From Candidatus Nanoarchaeia archaeon (GTDB lineage: Archaea > Nanobdellota > Nanobdellia > Woesearchaeales > SM23-78), in contig DATEYH010000138.1 of assembly GCA_035256305.1 (NCBI GenBank), positions 1-37,343 of the forward strand: a stretch of 37,343 nt of DNA. Reading direction: 5' to 3'. The position numbers and the translations under genes were made by a program. Positions 1-9,968 of this stretch are shown here, piece after piece (within the stretch, counting starts at the first letter, position 1; every line of letters begins with the position of its first letter). The notes beneath the pieces were generated by a model. That model searched no databases, was not told the DNA's origin, and saw nothing but the letters and a program-made list of their open reading frames with translations.

Positions 1-65
1 TTTCGTTCTTGACTGGACATTTGTTCGCGTGAAGCTTAAATACAACTATCAACAGCAAATATTCT

Positions 66-311
66 ATGAAGCAGGAATTCATAAGCATCAACAGCACAAT
101 CCAGGACTATGACGAGTACGTGAAGAACATCATCCTCCTAAAGAATTACCTGAAGAACAAGGTAAAGGAATTATTGTTTGAGGAGAATTTTGTGCTCACA
201 GAGAACCATAATGGCAGCTACCATGCCTCAAGCCTGGTGTTTTACAGCAAGGAAAAAGACTTGCAAGTTGAGATAAATATTAAAAAGAAAAATGAAGAAG
301 TTTTTGTCTAG
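66..311 (+). CDS. hypothetical protein (81 aa)
   Basis: ORF only; Lys/Glu/Asn-rich with no recognisable motif. Confidence 0.3.
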   Translation: MKQEFISINSTIQDYDEYVKNIILLKNYLKNKVKELLFEENFVLTENHNGSYHASSLVFYSKEKDLQVEINIKKKNEEVFV

Positions 312-357
312 CGCCACTTCACGTTAACAACAAAAATTAAGAATTTTTGAGTTTCCG

Positions 358-1350
358 TCATCGCCATTTGACAGAAACATCATCTGTTCTTTCATAAGGC
401 CTGATATCTGATTCTTCTACTTTTGCCTTCATGCCTGCCTTGTGCATCTCAATGCCTGTTATTGCTATCATAGCTGCATTGTCTATCAGGAACTGGTTAT
501 CAAGCACAAAGCTTTTGGCTCCTCTTTCCTCGCACATAATCCTGCACATCTCCTGCAAACGCTTGTTGCAAGCAACTCCTCCTCCAAGGAGCAATTCATT
601 CTTGCCTGTATGAGCCATTGCCCTCTCAGCAACCTCAACAAGCATTGCAAACACTGTTTCCTGCACGCTATAGCAAAGGTCTTCTTTTGAGTAATGCTTT
701 GAGCTTATCTTGCTTCGCAGGTTAGTCTCCATGCCTCCAAGGCTTATGTCCATTCCTTTAACGCTATATGGCAGCTTGATGTATTTCTTCCCTTGCTTTG
801 CGTATTCCTCAATCCTTGGGCCTCCTGGAAAGCCTAAGCCAAGCTCTCTTGCAAAGCTGTCAAGAAAATTTCCTGCTCCAAGGTCAAGGGTTTCCCCAAA
901 AACGCGGTACTTGCCTGCCTCGTAAGCAATCACCTGGGTGTTGGCTCCTGAAACATAAAGCAGGACAGGGTCTTTGGCTTTTGTCAAAAAGCGTCCAATC
1001 TCGAGGTGGGCTATGCAATGATTAACTCCTATGAGCGGCTTATTAAGAAGCAAGGCAAGGCTTCGGGCAACTCCTGCGCCTATCCTGAGGGCGTGCCCTA
1101 TGCCTGGGCCTTGGCTGAAAGCAATAAGGTCTATACTCTCTGGTTTTATGCCAGCCTTTTCCAAGGCTTTTTTCAAAGTCTCATCAAGAACCTCAACATG
1201 GTGCTCTGCAAGCTTTGCAGGGATTAATCCTCCGCTCTCTGTCTTGTAGGCATTGATTATGTTAGAAAGCACTTTATTATGAGAAAGCTTTAATTCTACA
1301 ATGCTTATTCCAAAGGTGTGGGCTGTGCTCTCTATTCCTAGGCATATCAT
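358..1350 (-). CDS. kae1: tRNA N6-adenosine threonylcarbamoyltransferase Kae1 (Kae1/TsaD ASKHA family), stand-alone form
   Basis: 330-aa ORF with GIESTAHTFG, NHCIAHLEIG and GGGVACN motifs typical of Kae1/Gcp; no Bud32 fusion. Confidence 0.9.
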   Translation of the reverse strand: MICLGIESTAHTFGISIVELKLSHNKVLSNIINAYKTESGGLIPAKLAEHHVEVLDETLKKALEKAGIKPESIDLIAFSQGPGIGHALRIGAGVARSLALLLNKPLIGVNHCIAHLEIGRFLTKAKDPVLLYVSGANTQVIAYEAGKYRVFGETLDLGAGNFLDSFARELGLGFPGGPRIEEYAKQGKKYIKLPYSVKGMDISLGGMETNLRSKISSKHYSKEDLCYSVQETVFAMLVEVAERAMAHTGKNELLLGGGVACNKRLQEMCRIMCEERGAKSFVLDNQFLIDNAAMIAITGIEMHKAGMKAKVEESDIRPYERTDDVSVKWR

Positions 1351-1384
1351 AATAAAAAAAGGATAGGAAGAAGGTTTATAAAGA

Positions 1385-2131
1385 TTATTCTCTCAGCACC
1401 GGCTCTGTCGCATTAACAAAGATTCCTTCACTAATCATCTTGTAAAAAGTCATGTACTCAACGCCTTTAAATTCTTTTGGCATGTAGAAGGACATCCTGT
1501 CAACATACCGGTTCCTGAAATAAATATCCGCTCCTTTCTCAACATAATGGAAGACTCTTAGCACTGAGACAAAGTCTTGGTAATCAGGCACGTCAAGCAA
1601 GTAATAGATTACTTCCTTGTCAATTCCTGTGCTGGTGTTTCCTTGCAGGTACTTATTGAAAGGGCTCTTGACAGTGATCCTGGTTACAGTATCATTCTCA
1701 AGATGAAAGCTGATTCCTGAAAGCTCGCCTCCAATGCCTATCTTATCCCTGTACTCCATGTTCTTGTAGCTCTCATCAGCAGGTATGAATAGCACGTCAG
1801 GGATGCCCAGCCCTTCAAGAACATATTCATAAGAGTCTCCGAGCATTATGCCTAAGAAGCTTATCTCTGCGCTGGTAAAGTTGCCCATTGAGAGTGTGAA
1901 GACATCATGCTCTGCAATCTCATACCTTGACCTGTTTGTAGGAGTGTAGTTATAGTAGAACTCAACAAAATCAGTTTCAGGGATGGTAAGGTTTTCTATC
2001 TGTTCGTTTATGCTCTGGTTGAACAAGGGAATTGTTATTTCTTGGGCTATTGGCGGCTTGCAGCCTGATAGCAGGATTAGGGCTATTGCTGTGAAAGCAG
2101 CGCACAAAAGCATAGTCTTCCTCATAATCAT
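1385..2131 (-). CDS. putative lipoprotein, unknown function
   Basis: Tracked ORF runs to 2236, but an internal Met (2131/2125) starts a signal peptide ending in lipobox LLSGC. A TATA-like TTTTATATAA lies about 35 nt upstream on the minus strand. Confidence 0.5.
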   Translation of the reverse strand: MIMRKTMLLCAAFTAIALILLSGCKPPIAQEITIPLFNQSINEQIENLTIPETDFVEFYYNYTPTNRSRYEIAEHDVFTLSMGNFTSAEISFLGIMLGDSYEYVLEGLGIPDVLFIPADESYKNMEYRDKIGIGGELSGISFHLENDTVTRITVKSPFNKYLQGNTSTGIDKEVIYYLLDVPDYQDFVSVLRVFHYVEKGADIYFRNRYVDRMSFYMPKEFKGVEYMTFYKMISEGIFVNATEPVLRE

Positions 2132-2256
2132 CACCCATAAAGTTGTACCCGCATGAAAAGCTTGGTTATATAAAAAGCTTTTCATAGGTTCCAGCAGGCT
2201 TGAAACCTTGGGAAAGCGAAAACTATTTATAAACAAAAAACATCACTTATTAATAG

Positions 2257-2349
2257 ATGGCAAAGAAAAACCAAAAGGAGTACAAGGATTTCTTATCAGC
2301 AGATGAGGAGGAGGAGCTGGAGGAAGAGTTATACGACGACTGGTTTTAG
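2257..2349 (+). CDS. small acidic protein (30 aa, MAKKNQKEYKDFLSADEEEELEEELYDDWF)
   Basis: Below the ORF-track cutoff. ATG lies 25 nt downstream of TATA-like TATTTATAAA (2223-2233), the leaderless spacing seen at other genes here. Confidence 0.3.
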   Translation: MAKKNQKEYKDFLSADEEEELEEELYDDWF

Positions 2350-2451
2350 GGCTTCTTTTCATAACCTCTTTTCTTAGGTTAAATAATATCATCTTGAAGA
2401 ATTGATTGAAAAAAATAGATTTATAAATTCTGGTAACAATTAATCATCTTT

Positions 2452-3057
2452 ATGAGCTGGTTCATTACTTTCGTGCTGTACATCTGGGAGCTTCTCAAGC
2501 TATGGTTCAACACAATGTTCCTCCTCCCTTTCCAGAACACTGACATGCTATGGATACTTGTGCCTGTCTGGCTTGGCTGGTTCTTTGCAGAGTTCTACCA
2601 GGAGAAGACAGGGACCTCAATGGGTAATGCAATGTCAAACGCTGTTATTGTTTTTTGGGGAAGCATTGACTGGTTCAGGCAGACCACAAGATTAATGGCT
2701 GAGAGGGTGATAACAGGATTCTGGAACATTGCTCCAAGGTTCTTCCTAGCATCAGTTGTGCTGATTTATGGCTTAATGATTATCATATTAGGAGTAAGAG
2801 GAAAAAAAGTAATCCAGTACGTAGGCAGGATAAGGGAAGTCACTTATGTCTTCGCCATGTTCACGCCAATATTCTATGGAGCAATAGAATTCTCTTTTGA
2901 GCACATCCTGGCTACCGTAATATTCTTTCCGCTATTCTACTATGTTGTAGAGCTCATAGACCGGTACACTCCAAATCCCAGGGCGTTGTTAGAGGATTCT
3001 GGCGTCAGCCAGCAGGTGAGCAGGCCTCCTCCCAGGATGGGTATGGTTAGGAGGTAA
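2452..3057 (+). CDS. integral membrane protein, unknown function
   Basis: 201-aa ORF with about 5 hydrophobic helices; TATA-like GATTTATAAATT about 25 nt upstream of the ATG. Confidence 0.55.
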   Translation: MSWFITFVLYIWELLKLWFNTMFLLPFQNTDMLWILVPVWLGWFFAEFYQEKTGTSMGNAMSNAVIVFWGSIDWFRQTTRLMAERVITGFWNIAPRFFLASVVLIYGLMIIILGVRGKKVIQYVGRIREVTYVFAMFTPIFYGAIEFSFEHILATVIFFPLFYYVVELIDRYTPNPRALLEDSGVSQQVSRPPPRMGMVRR

Positions 3058-3085
3058 GAATTTGAGTTGAGAGGCAAGCCAGGGC

Positions 3086-3853
3086 TTAGTTCTTAATCTT
3101 GCAGCCAGGAGGAAGAACGCGCATTATCTCGTCAAGCTCTCCTCCAATCCTTTTCTGCACCTGCTTTGCAACGTCACTAAGCTTTTCATCACCCTGGATA
3201 ATCTCAACAACCTCCTTGCAGTGCTTTTTAACAGCGCTCAAAGGACCACCCATAATTTTTTCATGGTACAATCCAATACCATAGCTCATAACAGGGTTAT
3301 AGAACTCTTTCTCCCCGTAAATCATAAAGGCACCCTTGGTCAGGTACTCTCCTGATTTTGCCTGCTTGCTCACCTGCTCAGGCTTTACCTGGAAGACTGG
3401 CAAGGTGCTCAACCCTTGCTTCCAGGCCTTTGAGAAGGCTGCTGTGAAAGCAGCTGCTTCCTCCCTGGTAAGTCCGGGCATATCTCCTGCTTTTCCCTCC
3501 TTCTTTACTACAACAAAGGGGCTGCCAGGAGCTTCTGTGTGAAACACTAGGTCATCCTTGTCAACATATTTCTTGATGATTACCTCATTAGTCGTGGCAT
3601 CCCTGCCGCCAATCACTAGGAAGCTGTCAGAGCTGATAAACCACCTGAACTTCTCGTACCACTCCTTCCTGGCCAAGGGCTTAATAACTGCTTTCTTCTG
3701 TGCTTTTTCCTCTTCAAGAGAGCTGAGCCTTTTCCTGTACTCTTCCACAATCCTTTTTGCTCCTTCGAGCTTCTTCTTCTCCTTCTTGGCCTTCTCAAAA
3801 TAAGAAGCAGCGTTCTCTTCCAATGATTTGCGTATGTCAAGGCTTATCTTCAT
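3086..3853 (-). CDS. NFACT-R (DUF814) domain protein, short form of the archaeal Rqc2/NEMF-like family
   Basis: N-terminal Lys/Glu coiled coil followed by FRWFISSDSFLVIGGRDATTNEVIIKKY...LVFHTEAPGSPFVVVK, the DUF814/NFACT-R signature. Confidence 0.75.
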   Translation of the reverse strand: MKISLDIRKSLEENAASYFEKAKKEKKKLEGAKRIVEEYRKRLSSLEEEKAQKKAVIKPLARKEWYEKFRWFISSDSFLVIGGRDATTNEVIIKKYVDKDDLVFHTEAPGSPFVVVKKEGKAGDMPGLTREEAAAFTAAFSKAWKQGLSTLPVFQVKPEQVSKQAKSGEYLTKGAFMIYGEKEFYNPVMSYGIGLYHEKIMGGPLSAVKKHCKEVVEIIQGDEKLSDVAKQVQKRIGGELDEIMRVLPPGCKIKN

Positions 3854-3901
3854 AACAAAAGGGAAGAAAAGGGCTATTAAAAAACTTTTTTATTAGGCGC
3901 T

Positions 3902-4363
3902 TTATTGGCAGTCAGGCAGATCAGCCAGATTAAGGGCAGGTTTTTCGCAAGGAATTGTTTTCTCGCCTAATTTCACGCTCGCTGTAAGAGAAACAGAAGC
4001 CATGCCTGTCTTAGCGTAAGTAATTTCTCTGTTAAGGAATTGGTTCTGATTAAGCTTTGAATCAGGCAATTCCCGTATGATAGGGCCTGTCTTGCTAGCG
4101 GTATCATCAACTATCTTCATGGTCACAGCCTCAACAGGCTCTCCTGTGTTCTTCACGCTCATCTTTATCATGTTATCAGCATAGCAAAGATAAGGGCTGA
4201 CAATCATCGTAATCTTAGAGCAGTCTGCTGACTTATCATCCCCGATTTTCAAGTTGATGATCATTGTGCCAAGGGCTACTGCAAAAGCGATCAATAGGAT
4301 AGTTGCTATTAGAGGGGACATGGCTTTCTTATCTGAAAGAACTCCGGCTAGCTCATTGCCCAA
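3902..4363 (-). CDS. archaeal type IV pilin-like protein (class III signal peptide)
   Basis: N-terminus ...SDKKAMSPLIATILLIAFAVALGTMI matches the archaeal prepilin/DUF1628-type hydrophobic N-terminal helix. Start codon uncertain (TTG 4363 or ATG 4321). Confidence 0.6.
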   Translation of the reverse strand: MGNELAGVLSDKKAMSPLIATILLIAFAVALGTMIINLKIGDDKSADCSKITMIVSPYLCYADNMIKMSVKNTGEPVEAVTMKIVDDTASKTGPIIRELPDSKLNQNQFLNREITYAKTGMASVSLTASVKLGEKTIPCEKPALNLADLPDCQ

Positions 4364-4412
4364 CTATGCACCTCTTTTATCCATAATACAAGCATAATTT
4401 ACTCAACACGGT

Positions 4413-5171
4413 TTATATATTTTTCCATTGGTTCAGTGCTTCTTCCTCTACAAAGTGTAGCTCTCCAGGAATGATAAGGCTGTGGAGAGGTTCTCCAAAG
4501 TCTGCTTTTAGAAGTTCCTCGGCTTTGCCGCTGATAATCCTTGGCTTTTCACTGCCTAGCCTTGCAATTCCGATGCACATGGTTTGTTTTGTGAACACCT
4601 TCTGCTTTTTCTTAGCCTCAATTCTTAGTAGGTACTCTATTGCTTCCTTTATTGTCATGAACCTGTTATTATCAGCATCAATATCCAGCAGGCATAAGGT
4701 GTGCAATTTGTTCTTCTTGTTATTCTTGATAACATCATAAGGAGCCTCGACATCCTTGTTGTGGAATGGTATCGAGGTGGTCTTGCCGTACTTGTAAAGC
4801 TCAAGCCCAACAATACTGATGGCATTGATTATGGAAGCATTATTAATAACAACAACATCGATCTTTTCTTGCTTAGCTCTTAAGTAAATGTCTGTATGAG
4901 TGGTCGCCCCAAACACATCACCAATCACGAGCAGGGCGACTGAGGATTTCCTGGCTGGCTCTAGGATTTGCTCAGCCTTTTTCTCAACCAGCTCCCTATT
5001 CGCAAGAAATATCTTCTTGCCATAGAATTTCTCAAGCTTGTCAACACTGATGCCTAGCTTTGAAGTGTAGCTCTCAAGAAAAATCTTGTCGCACTTCATA
5101 ACTGCTTCCAGTCCTTTGACTGTGATGTCCTTCTCATCCCATAATCCGATTCCTATCATGTAAAGCGTCAT
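4413..5171 (-). CDS. dph5: diphthine synthase
   Basis: 252 aa; MTLYMIGIGLWDEKDITVKGLEAV... and the overall tetrapyrrole-methylase-fold pattern of archaeal/eukaryotic Dph5. Confidence 0.9.
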   Translation of the reverse strand: MTLYMIGIGLWDEKDITVKGLEAVMKCDKIFLESYTSKLGISVDKLEKFYGKKIFLANRELVEKKAEQILEPARKSSVALLVIGDVFGATTHTDIYLRAKQEKIDVVVINNASIINAISIVGLELYKYGKTTSIPFHNKDVEAPYDVIKNNKKNKLHTLCLLDIDADNNRFMTIKEAIEYLLRIEAKKKQKVFTKQTMCIGIARLGSEKPRIISGKAEELLKADFGEPLHSLIIPGELHFVEEEALNQWKNI

Positions 5172-5207
5172 TTTATTGTTAGAGAAATAGTTCTTGTTTT
5201 AAAACTT

Positions 5208-6101
5208 TTATCTTCCCTGCTCTAGCCTTTGCAATACCAAAAGGTCTTCTGTTGTTAGCTTCATGCCTGTCTTCATCTTCTCGTCAATCTCTTTCTTCTT
5301 CTCGTCCAGGCTTTTCTTCTCATGCTCCCTGACGCTCTCCTCAAACTCTATCTTGTTCTCCTCAAGCTTGGTCTTGATAGCTCTTAATGCCTCGAGCTTC
5401 TGCTTTAGCTCCTCATTTACATCGTTGAACTCCTTCTTGTGCTCATCAAACTTGGTCCTAAGAGTTTCTTCTTCCTTCCTGAACTCGTCTATGCTCTTGG
5501 ATTTCTCAACCAGGGCTTCATGGTAGGACTGGCTCTGGGCAGCCTCTTCCTGCACCTGCCTGTGAACCTCATTTGCCCTTCTCTTGAGATCGTCAATCTC
5601 CCTTGACTTCTTCTTAAGGGCGTCTGCCTTGTCAGTCAGGACTTTTACTTCCTTGTACTTCTTGCTCAAGCCCTTTATCTGCTTTGTGAGCTTCTGCTCC
5701 TTCTCAAAGCTCATGGGCTCTGTCTGGATCTTGAACTCCATGCCGTCTATCTGCCTTCTGAGCTCTGAAGGGTCGTTCTTCACTCCCATGTCTTTCTTTA
5801 TGTTTTCGAACTCGTCCTTCATCTGCTTGATAAGAGCAACTTCCTTGTTGACCTGGGCGTTTAGCTCATCCCTGAGCTTTTTCTTCTCCTTTACTTCCTG
5901 GGTCAGGGTGTTTCTTTTCTCCTTAGAACCAGTGAGCTCCTTGATCCTGCCTTTAATGTCCTTGCCAAAGCCTTCTATCTTGTTGTAGAGCTCTTCCTTG
6001 TGCTTGTTGATTATGTTGAGCTTTTTTCGTAGCTCAAGTACTTCTTTCTCTGCCTTCTTCAGTTCCTCTAATAGTTCCTTGATCTCCTCTTCGTCCAGCA
6101 T
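5208..6101 (-). CDS. coiled-coil protein (COG1340-like), unknown function
   Basis: 297 aa, almost entirely Lys/Glu heptad-like sequence; no catalytic motif. Confidence 0.55.
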   Translation of the reverse strand: MLDEEEIKELLEELKKAEKEVLELRKKLNIINKHKEELYNKIEGFGKDIKGRIKELTGSKEKRNTLTQEVKEKKKLRDELNAQVNKEVALIKQMKDEFENIKKDMGVKNDPSELRRQIDGMEFKIQTEPMSFEKEQKLTKQIKGLSKKYKEVKVLTDKADALKKKSREIDDLKRRANEVHRQVQEEAAQSQSYHEALVEKSKSIDEFRKEEETLRTKFDEHKKEFNDVNEELKQKLEALRAIKTKLEENKIEFEESVREHEKKSLDEKKKEIDEKMKTGMKLTTEDLLVLQRLEQGR

Positions 6102-6167
6102 GTTTAGTTTTCACTACTTTGTTTTTATTTGCCCGGCTCATTGTTAATTTAAAAATATAAAAAGTTT

Positions 6168-6461
6168 TTAGCCGAACAATGCTCCTAGCCCTGCTGCTGC
6201 TTCCTCTGCTGAAGGCTTTTCCTCTTCCTTCTTCTTCTCTTCCTTCTTTGCTTCTGCAGGCGCTGCTGTTGCTGCTGCCGGAGCTATTGCTGCTGTCTTT
6301 ATGGCTTCGTCAATATTAACTCCTTCAAGCGCAGCTATCAAGGCCCTGATCCTTGTGTCATCAGCTTTTATGCTTGCTGACTCAAGCACTTTCTTCACAG
6401 AGCCTTCATCAATCTTTTGTCCTGCTTTGTGCAAAAGCATTGCCGCGTATATGTACTCCAT
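6168..6461 (-). CDS. rpl12: 50S ribosomal stalk protein P1 (L12)
   Basis: [14 protein letters not shown]..., Ala-rich hinge, acidic Lys/Glu tail and C-terminal GLGALFG. Start taken at the internal ATG with GGAGG 9 nt upstream, 1 nt after the P0 stop. Confidence 0.85.
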   Translation of the reverse strand: MEYIYAAMLLHKAGQKIDEGSVKKVLESASIKADDTRIRALIAALEGVNIDEAIKTAAIAPAAATAAPAEAKKEEKKKEEEKPSAEEAAAGLGALFG

Positions 6462-6462
6462 C

Positions 6463-7332
6463 TTATTCTGCCTCCGTTTTTGGTTGATTATTAGCTTCTT
6501 CATTTGCCTGGCTTGGCTTGGTTGTCTGTGCTTCTAATGCAACTGCCTCGTTATGAGCCTTGCCTAGCAATGAATTGATTATGTCCTTTGAAGGATAAGC
6601 TATGAATACTGCAAGGTTGAGTGCTTCAGCTGCTGCTGTTTTCAGGTTGTTAAGGAAGGCTTCCTCGTCAATGTCAAGCACTGCTCCTGTCAGTATTTCT
6701 CCGTTCTCAAATACAGCCACAAGGTCCAGTCCTATCTCCATTGGCTCAATGCCTAATCTTGTGAGTAATGCTGCTAATTTATCATTAATAACATCTCCTT
6801 CCTTTGCAACAACAGCATCATCCTTGATAACTACCTTGCCTGATTCTATGCCTGTTTTTATCTTGAGCATTCCTAATTCTCCGATTATTGGTCCTGGAGC
6901 AAAATTGGTCGGGCCTGCGCTCACTGTAATGTTTCTCGGAGCTTTCTGGCCAGGCCTTATAGGCGCATTTGACTTGTTCTTCTTTAATAATCTGAACAAT
7001 GCAAAAGGATTTTCGCTTGTGAACAGCAATGCAGGCATTCCTTTGACGTATTTCTCAAGCTCCTTTATGTTCTGCTTCTTGGATTGCTCTAATGCTAATC
7101 TTATGAACCTCTTCTTGGTCATTAGCAATAATACTTTGCCTCTAAGCTGGCTTCTCATGTTGCTTAATTGCTTTGCAGGAAGGTTTTCCATGTTAACAAT
7201 GCCGATTAACTGGCTCTTGTCCATGAGCTCAACTAACTGGTTGACTGCTTGCTTGTTGCGCTCAGGAACAGCCCTCTTAGCAGTAGTTTTCTTTGGCTTT
7301 TCCCCTTCTGAATCTATTGTTACGTCTACCAT
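6463..7332 (-). CDS. rplP0: 50S ribosomal stalk protein P0 (L10)
   Basis: 289 aa; position between L1 and P1 and the general L10/P0 pattern ([15 protein letters not shown]..., [15 protein letters not shown]). Confidence 0.85.
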   Translation of the reverse strand: MVDVTIDSEGEKPKKTTAKRAVPERNKQAVNQLVELMDKSQLIGIVNMENLPAKQLSNMRSQLRGKVLLLMTKKRFIRLALEQSKKQNIKELEKYVKGMPALLFTSENPFALFRLLKKNKSNAPIRPGQKAPRNITVSAGPTNFAPGPIIGELGMLKIKTGIESGKVVIKDDAVVAKEGDVINDKLAALLTRLGIEPMEIGLDLVAVFENGEILTGAVLDIDEEAFLNNLKTAAAEALNLAVFIAYPSKDIINSLLGKAHNEAVALEAQTTKPSQANEEANNQPKTEAE

Positions 7333-7333
7333 T

Positions 7334-7987
7334 TTATTTCTCTAGCTTTACAGGCTTGCTCATGGTAAGCTTAAGATAAACATCCCTTATGTTCTGCCTC
7401 TCTCCAGGCATGTGATGAATTAATTGATCATAAATGAAGATGACATTATCAGCCACTTGCTCTGCAGGCATCTCCTCTGTGCCTACTCTTAACTGGATTA
7501 ATGGGACTTTCCTTGCGCTAATCTTAACGGTTTTTTGTAATCGGTCGTACAAAGGCTTAAGGTTAGCGCCCTTGGGAGGGACTACGCAGCCAGCCTTTGG
7601 GTTGGGCATTTTTCCTCTTACTCCTAGGTATCTTCCGAAGGCAGCTGCTACCTTGTTCATTATGTTAGCCTGGGCAACAAAGAAATCAAACTGCTGAGCA
7701 AGCTTTTTTGCTTTTGACTTGTCATACTTATTAAAATCATCCTGCATAATGACCATGTCAAACACCTTGATAGCTTCATCCCTGAGCTCAGGGCCTATTA
7801 AAGCGCAAACCTTAATCTTCTTGCCAGTGGTGTTGTGCATGGTAGTGAAGAACTCTATCTGCTGCTCTGTCTTCTTTAAATCCAAGTCCTTGAGAGTAAT
7901 GATTAAGTCGATTGACTGCTTGAACTTCCTCTGCTTGTCATCCTTCTTCAAAGCCTCTATTGCTTTTAGTACGCTAGCCTTATCCAT
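7334..7987 (-). CDS. rpl1: 50S ribosomal protein L1
   Basis: Sequence from MDKASVLKAIEALKK... has the L1 family pattern. GAGGT 8 nt upstream of ATG 7987. The tracked ORF carries 6 extra N-terminal codons. Confidence 0.85.
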   Translation of the reverse strand: MDKASVLKAIEALKKDDKQRKFKQSIDLIITLKDLDLKKTEQQIEFFTTMHNTTGKKIKVCALIGPELRDEAIKVFDMVIMQDDFNKYDKSKAKKLAQQFDFFVAQANIMNKVAAAFGRYLGVRGKMPNPKAGCVVPPKGANLKPLYDRLQKTVKISARKVPLIQLRVGTEEMPAEQVADNVIFIYDQLIHHMPGERQNIRDVYLKLTMSKPVKLEK

Positions 7988-8158
7988 GGAATATGACCTC
8001 AACACAAGCCCTACTACGCAAGGTAGTCAAGACGAAGATAGTGTTTCGTCCGGGCGATTGACTGATATGCTCAAGAAACAGGAAGTATTTATAAAGGTTA
8101 CGGAAGAATAGAATTAATTGGCTTCCGCATTTGACCCCGAAGAAGTTCAATAAGGAGA

Positions 8159-9331
8159 TCATCTCCTGTGATTATGCCTTCGCATCATGAACTCCCTTCT
8201 CTTATTTGGAGTCATGATTGCTCTTTGCAAATGAGGAGTTGCTTCCTCCCGGATTATGAAAGAGCGGTAATCATCAAGTATCCTTGAGAAGTTGTCATAG
8301 TCAAAGTCGCATAACAGGTTGATAACCTTCCCTTCCTCGCCAGCCCTTGCAGTCCTGCCAATCCTGTGGATGTAATCATTAGGGTTTTTGGGCAAGTCAT
8401 AATTATATATGTGAGAGACGTGCTCGATGTGAAGCCCCCTTGCAGCTACATCAGTGCAGACCAATACCTGAACTTTTGCTCCGTTGAACATGTCAATGGT
8501 TTTTGAACGCTTGTTCTGGGATAATCCTCCGTGAATAGCAATAGCGCTAATCCTGTTAAGCTTAAGGTTCTTTGCTACATAATCAGTGTTTCTCCTAGTA
8601 TTGCAGAAAACCATTACCAGGCCTGACTGCTCATGCTGGAGCAGATGAACAAGCAAGGATAACTTCATGTTCTTCTGAATGTTGTAATAGACTTGGTGTA
8701 ATTTATCAGGATCAACCATGTTCTGGGCAGAAGCCATTACCGGGTTTCTCATGTGCTTGTTAGCCAGTTGCTTGACCACAGGCTTGATAGTTGCTGAGAA
8801 GAACAAGGTCTGGCGATTAGTTGGGCAGGCTCTTATGATTCTTTCAACATCATCAATAAATCCCATGTCAAACATCCTGTCAGCCTCATCCAGGACTAAT
8901 ATGCTGATTCTTTCGGTGTGTATGGTGTTCCTCTTAAGATGATCCAATAATCTTCCTGGGGTGGCCACAACAACCTCTGCGCGCCTTAGTTCAGAGATTT
9001 GGTTGTTAATGGAAACTCCTCCGTAAACAGCTATAACCCTAAGATGCTTATTATACGCTAAAGAAGCCAGCATGTTCTTTACCTGCTCAGCAAGCTCCCT
9101 GGTAGGCGTGAGGACCAAAGCCTGCAATCCATTCCCCGGGATGACGTTATCTACAATCCCGCAGCCAAAAGCCAAGGTCTTGCCGCTGCCAGTCGCTGAT
9201 TCAGCAATGACATCCTTTCTTTCCATGACCAAAGGAATAGCTAATTCCTGGACCTGAGTAGGCGTTGAAAGTCTCAAGCCCTTTATCGCTGATATCAAAT
9301 TATTACTCAAATTAAATTCTTCAAATTTCAT
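8159..9331 (-). CDS. DEAD-box ATP-dependent RNA helicase
   Basis: Motifs AESATGSGKT (I), PTRELA (Ia), DEAD (II), SAT (III), ARGLHI (V), HRIGRTARAG (VI). Confidence 0.92.
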   Translation of the reverse strand: MKFEEFNLSNNLISAIKGLRLSTPTQVQELAIPLVMERKDVIAESATGSGKTLAFGCGIVDNVIPGNGLQALVLTPTRELAEQVKNMLASLAYNKHLRVIAVYGGVSINNQISELRRAEVVVATPGRLLDHLKRNTIHTERISILVLDEADRMFDMGFIDDVERIIRACPTNRQTLFFSATIKPVVKQLANKHMRNPVMASAQNMVDPDKLHQVYYNIQKNMKLSLLVHLLQHEQSGLVMVFCNTRRNTDYVAKNLKLNRISAIAIHGGLSQNKRSKTIDMFNGAKVQVLVCTDVAARGLHIEHVSHIYNYDLPKNPNDYIHRIGRTARAGEEGKVINLLCDFDYDNFSRILDDYRSFIIREEATPHLQRAIMTPNKRREFMMRRHNHRR

Positions 9332-9542
9332 TTTATTCTAACTCCAAAATGTTCACACATTTTAATCTTAATTAAGCACTTCCCTAGAAAAAGCGAAATG
9401 TCAGATAGCTGAGCAAGTGCTCTCTCATCAACAGTAATGCTATAATAAGAGGATAAGACACAGCTCCTGTTTATAAAGGTTTGCTTTTGTAAGTGCCTGT
9501 AATTTTTGTGCTTTTCACGTGTTCTTTGCGAAAATCTGTAGT

Positions 9543-9574
9543 AGCATCATATAAGCCAGCGCTTGAATGATGCT
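9543..9574. promoter_or_regulatory. 8-bp inverted repeat (AGCATCAT / ATGATGCT), putative operator just upstream of the Doc-cassette TATA box
   Basis: Perfect arms 16 nt apart. TATA-like TTTAAATA at 9585-9592, about 28 nt before the first codon of the Doc ORF. Confidence 0.35.
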
Positions 9575-9620
9575 AATCGCAAGCTTTAAATATTAGTTAT
9601 ACTTACTTATACTTATAAGT

Positions 9621-9968
9621 GTGTATAATATGATTAACAAAAAAGATGTTGTAAGGATTAACCAGGAGATAGGGGAAACAGGGGAGCTCCAGAACCAAGG
9701 CAGCCTGGACTACGCCCTCTCAACCCTGAAGCACAGGAAAAGCTGGCTCTACGAGCTAGCATACATCTCAAGAAGCCTCCTGGTAGACCATGCCTTTGTG
9801 GACGGCAACAAGAGGACTGCCCTGGCAATAATCCTCACATACCTTGAAGAGAAAAGCCAGGAATACGACAAGGAAAGACTGGTCAAGATAATGCTGCAAA
9901 TATCCAGGAAGAACATAAAAGACGTGAACAAGATAGCGAGGCTGATAAAAAGTGCAATCCTTTACTGA
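9621..9968 (+). CDS. doc: Doc (death-on-curing) / Fic-fold toxin
   Basis: Fic/Doc active-site motif HAFVDGNKRTALA. Start GTG 9621 or ATG 9630. Confidence 0.8.
   Translation: MYNMINKKDVVRINQEIGETGELQNQGSLDYALSTLKHRKSWLYELAYISRSLLVDHAFVDGNKRTALAIILTYLEEKSQEYDKERLVKIMLQISRKNIKDVNKIARLIKSAILY

Noticed and set aside
1385-2236. Full-length 283-aa version of the lipoprotein ORF; likewise the N-terminal extensions of 26092-27375, 18548-19660, 10267-10554 and 6168-6503
   Set aside because: The extensions start at non-ATG codons or run through TATA/promoter modules and precede obvious signal peptides or conserved N-termini, so internal starts were preferred.
6602-7345. 247-aa plus-strand ORF, with similar antisense ORFs at 5263-5988, 431-1249, 7434-8111, 3099-3803 and 16414-16841
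   Set aside because: They are shadow ORFs antisense to well-supported genes (P0, coiled-coil protein, Kae1, L1, NFACT-R, WLM-CAP protein) and have Ser/Leu/Phe-rich low-complexity translations.
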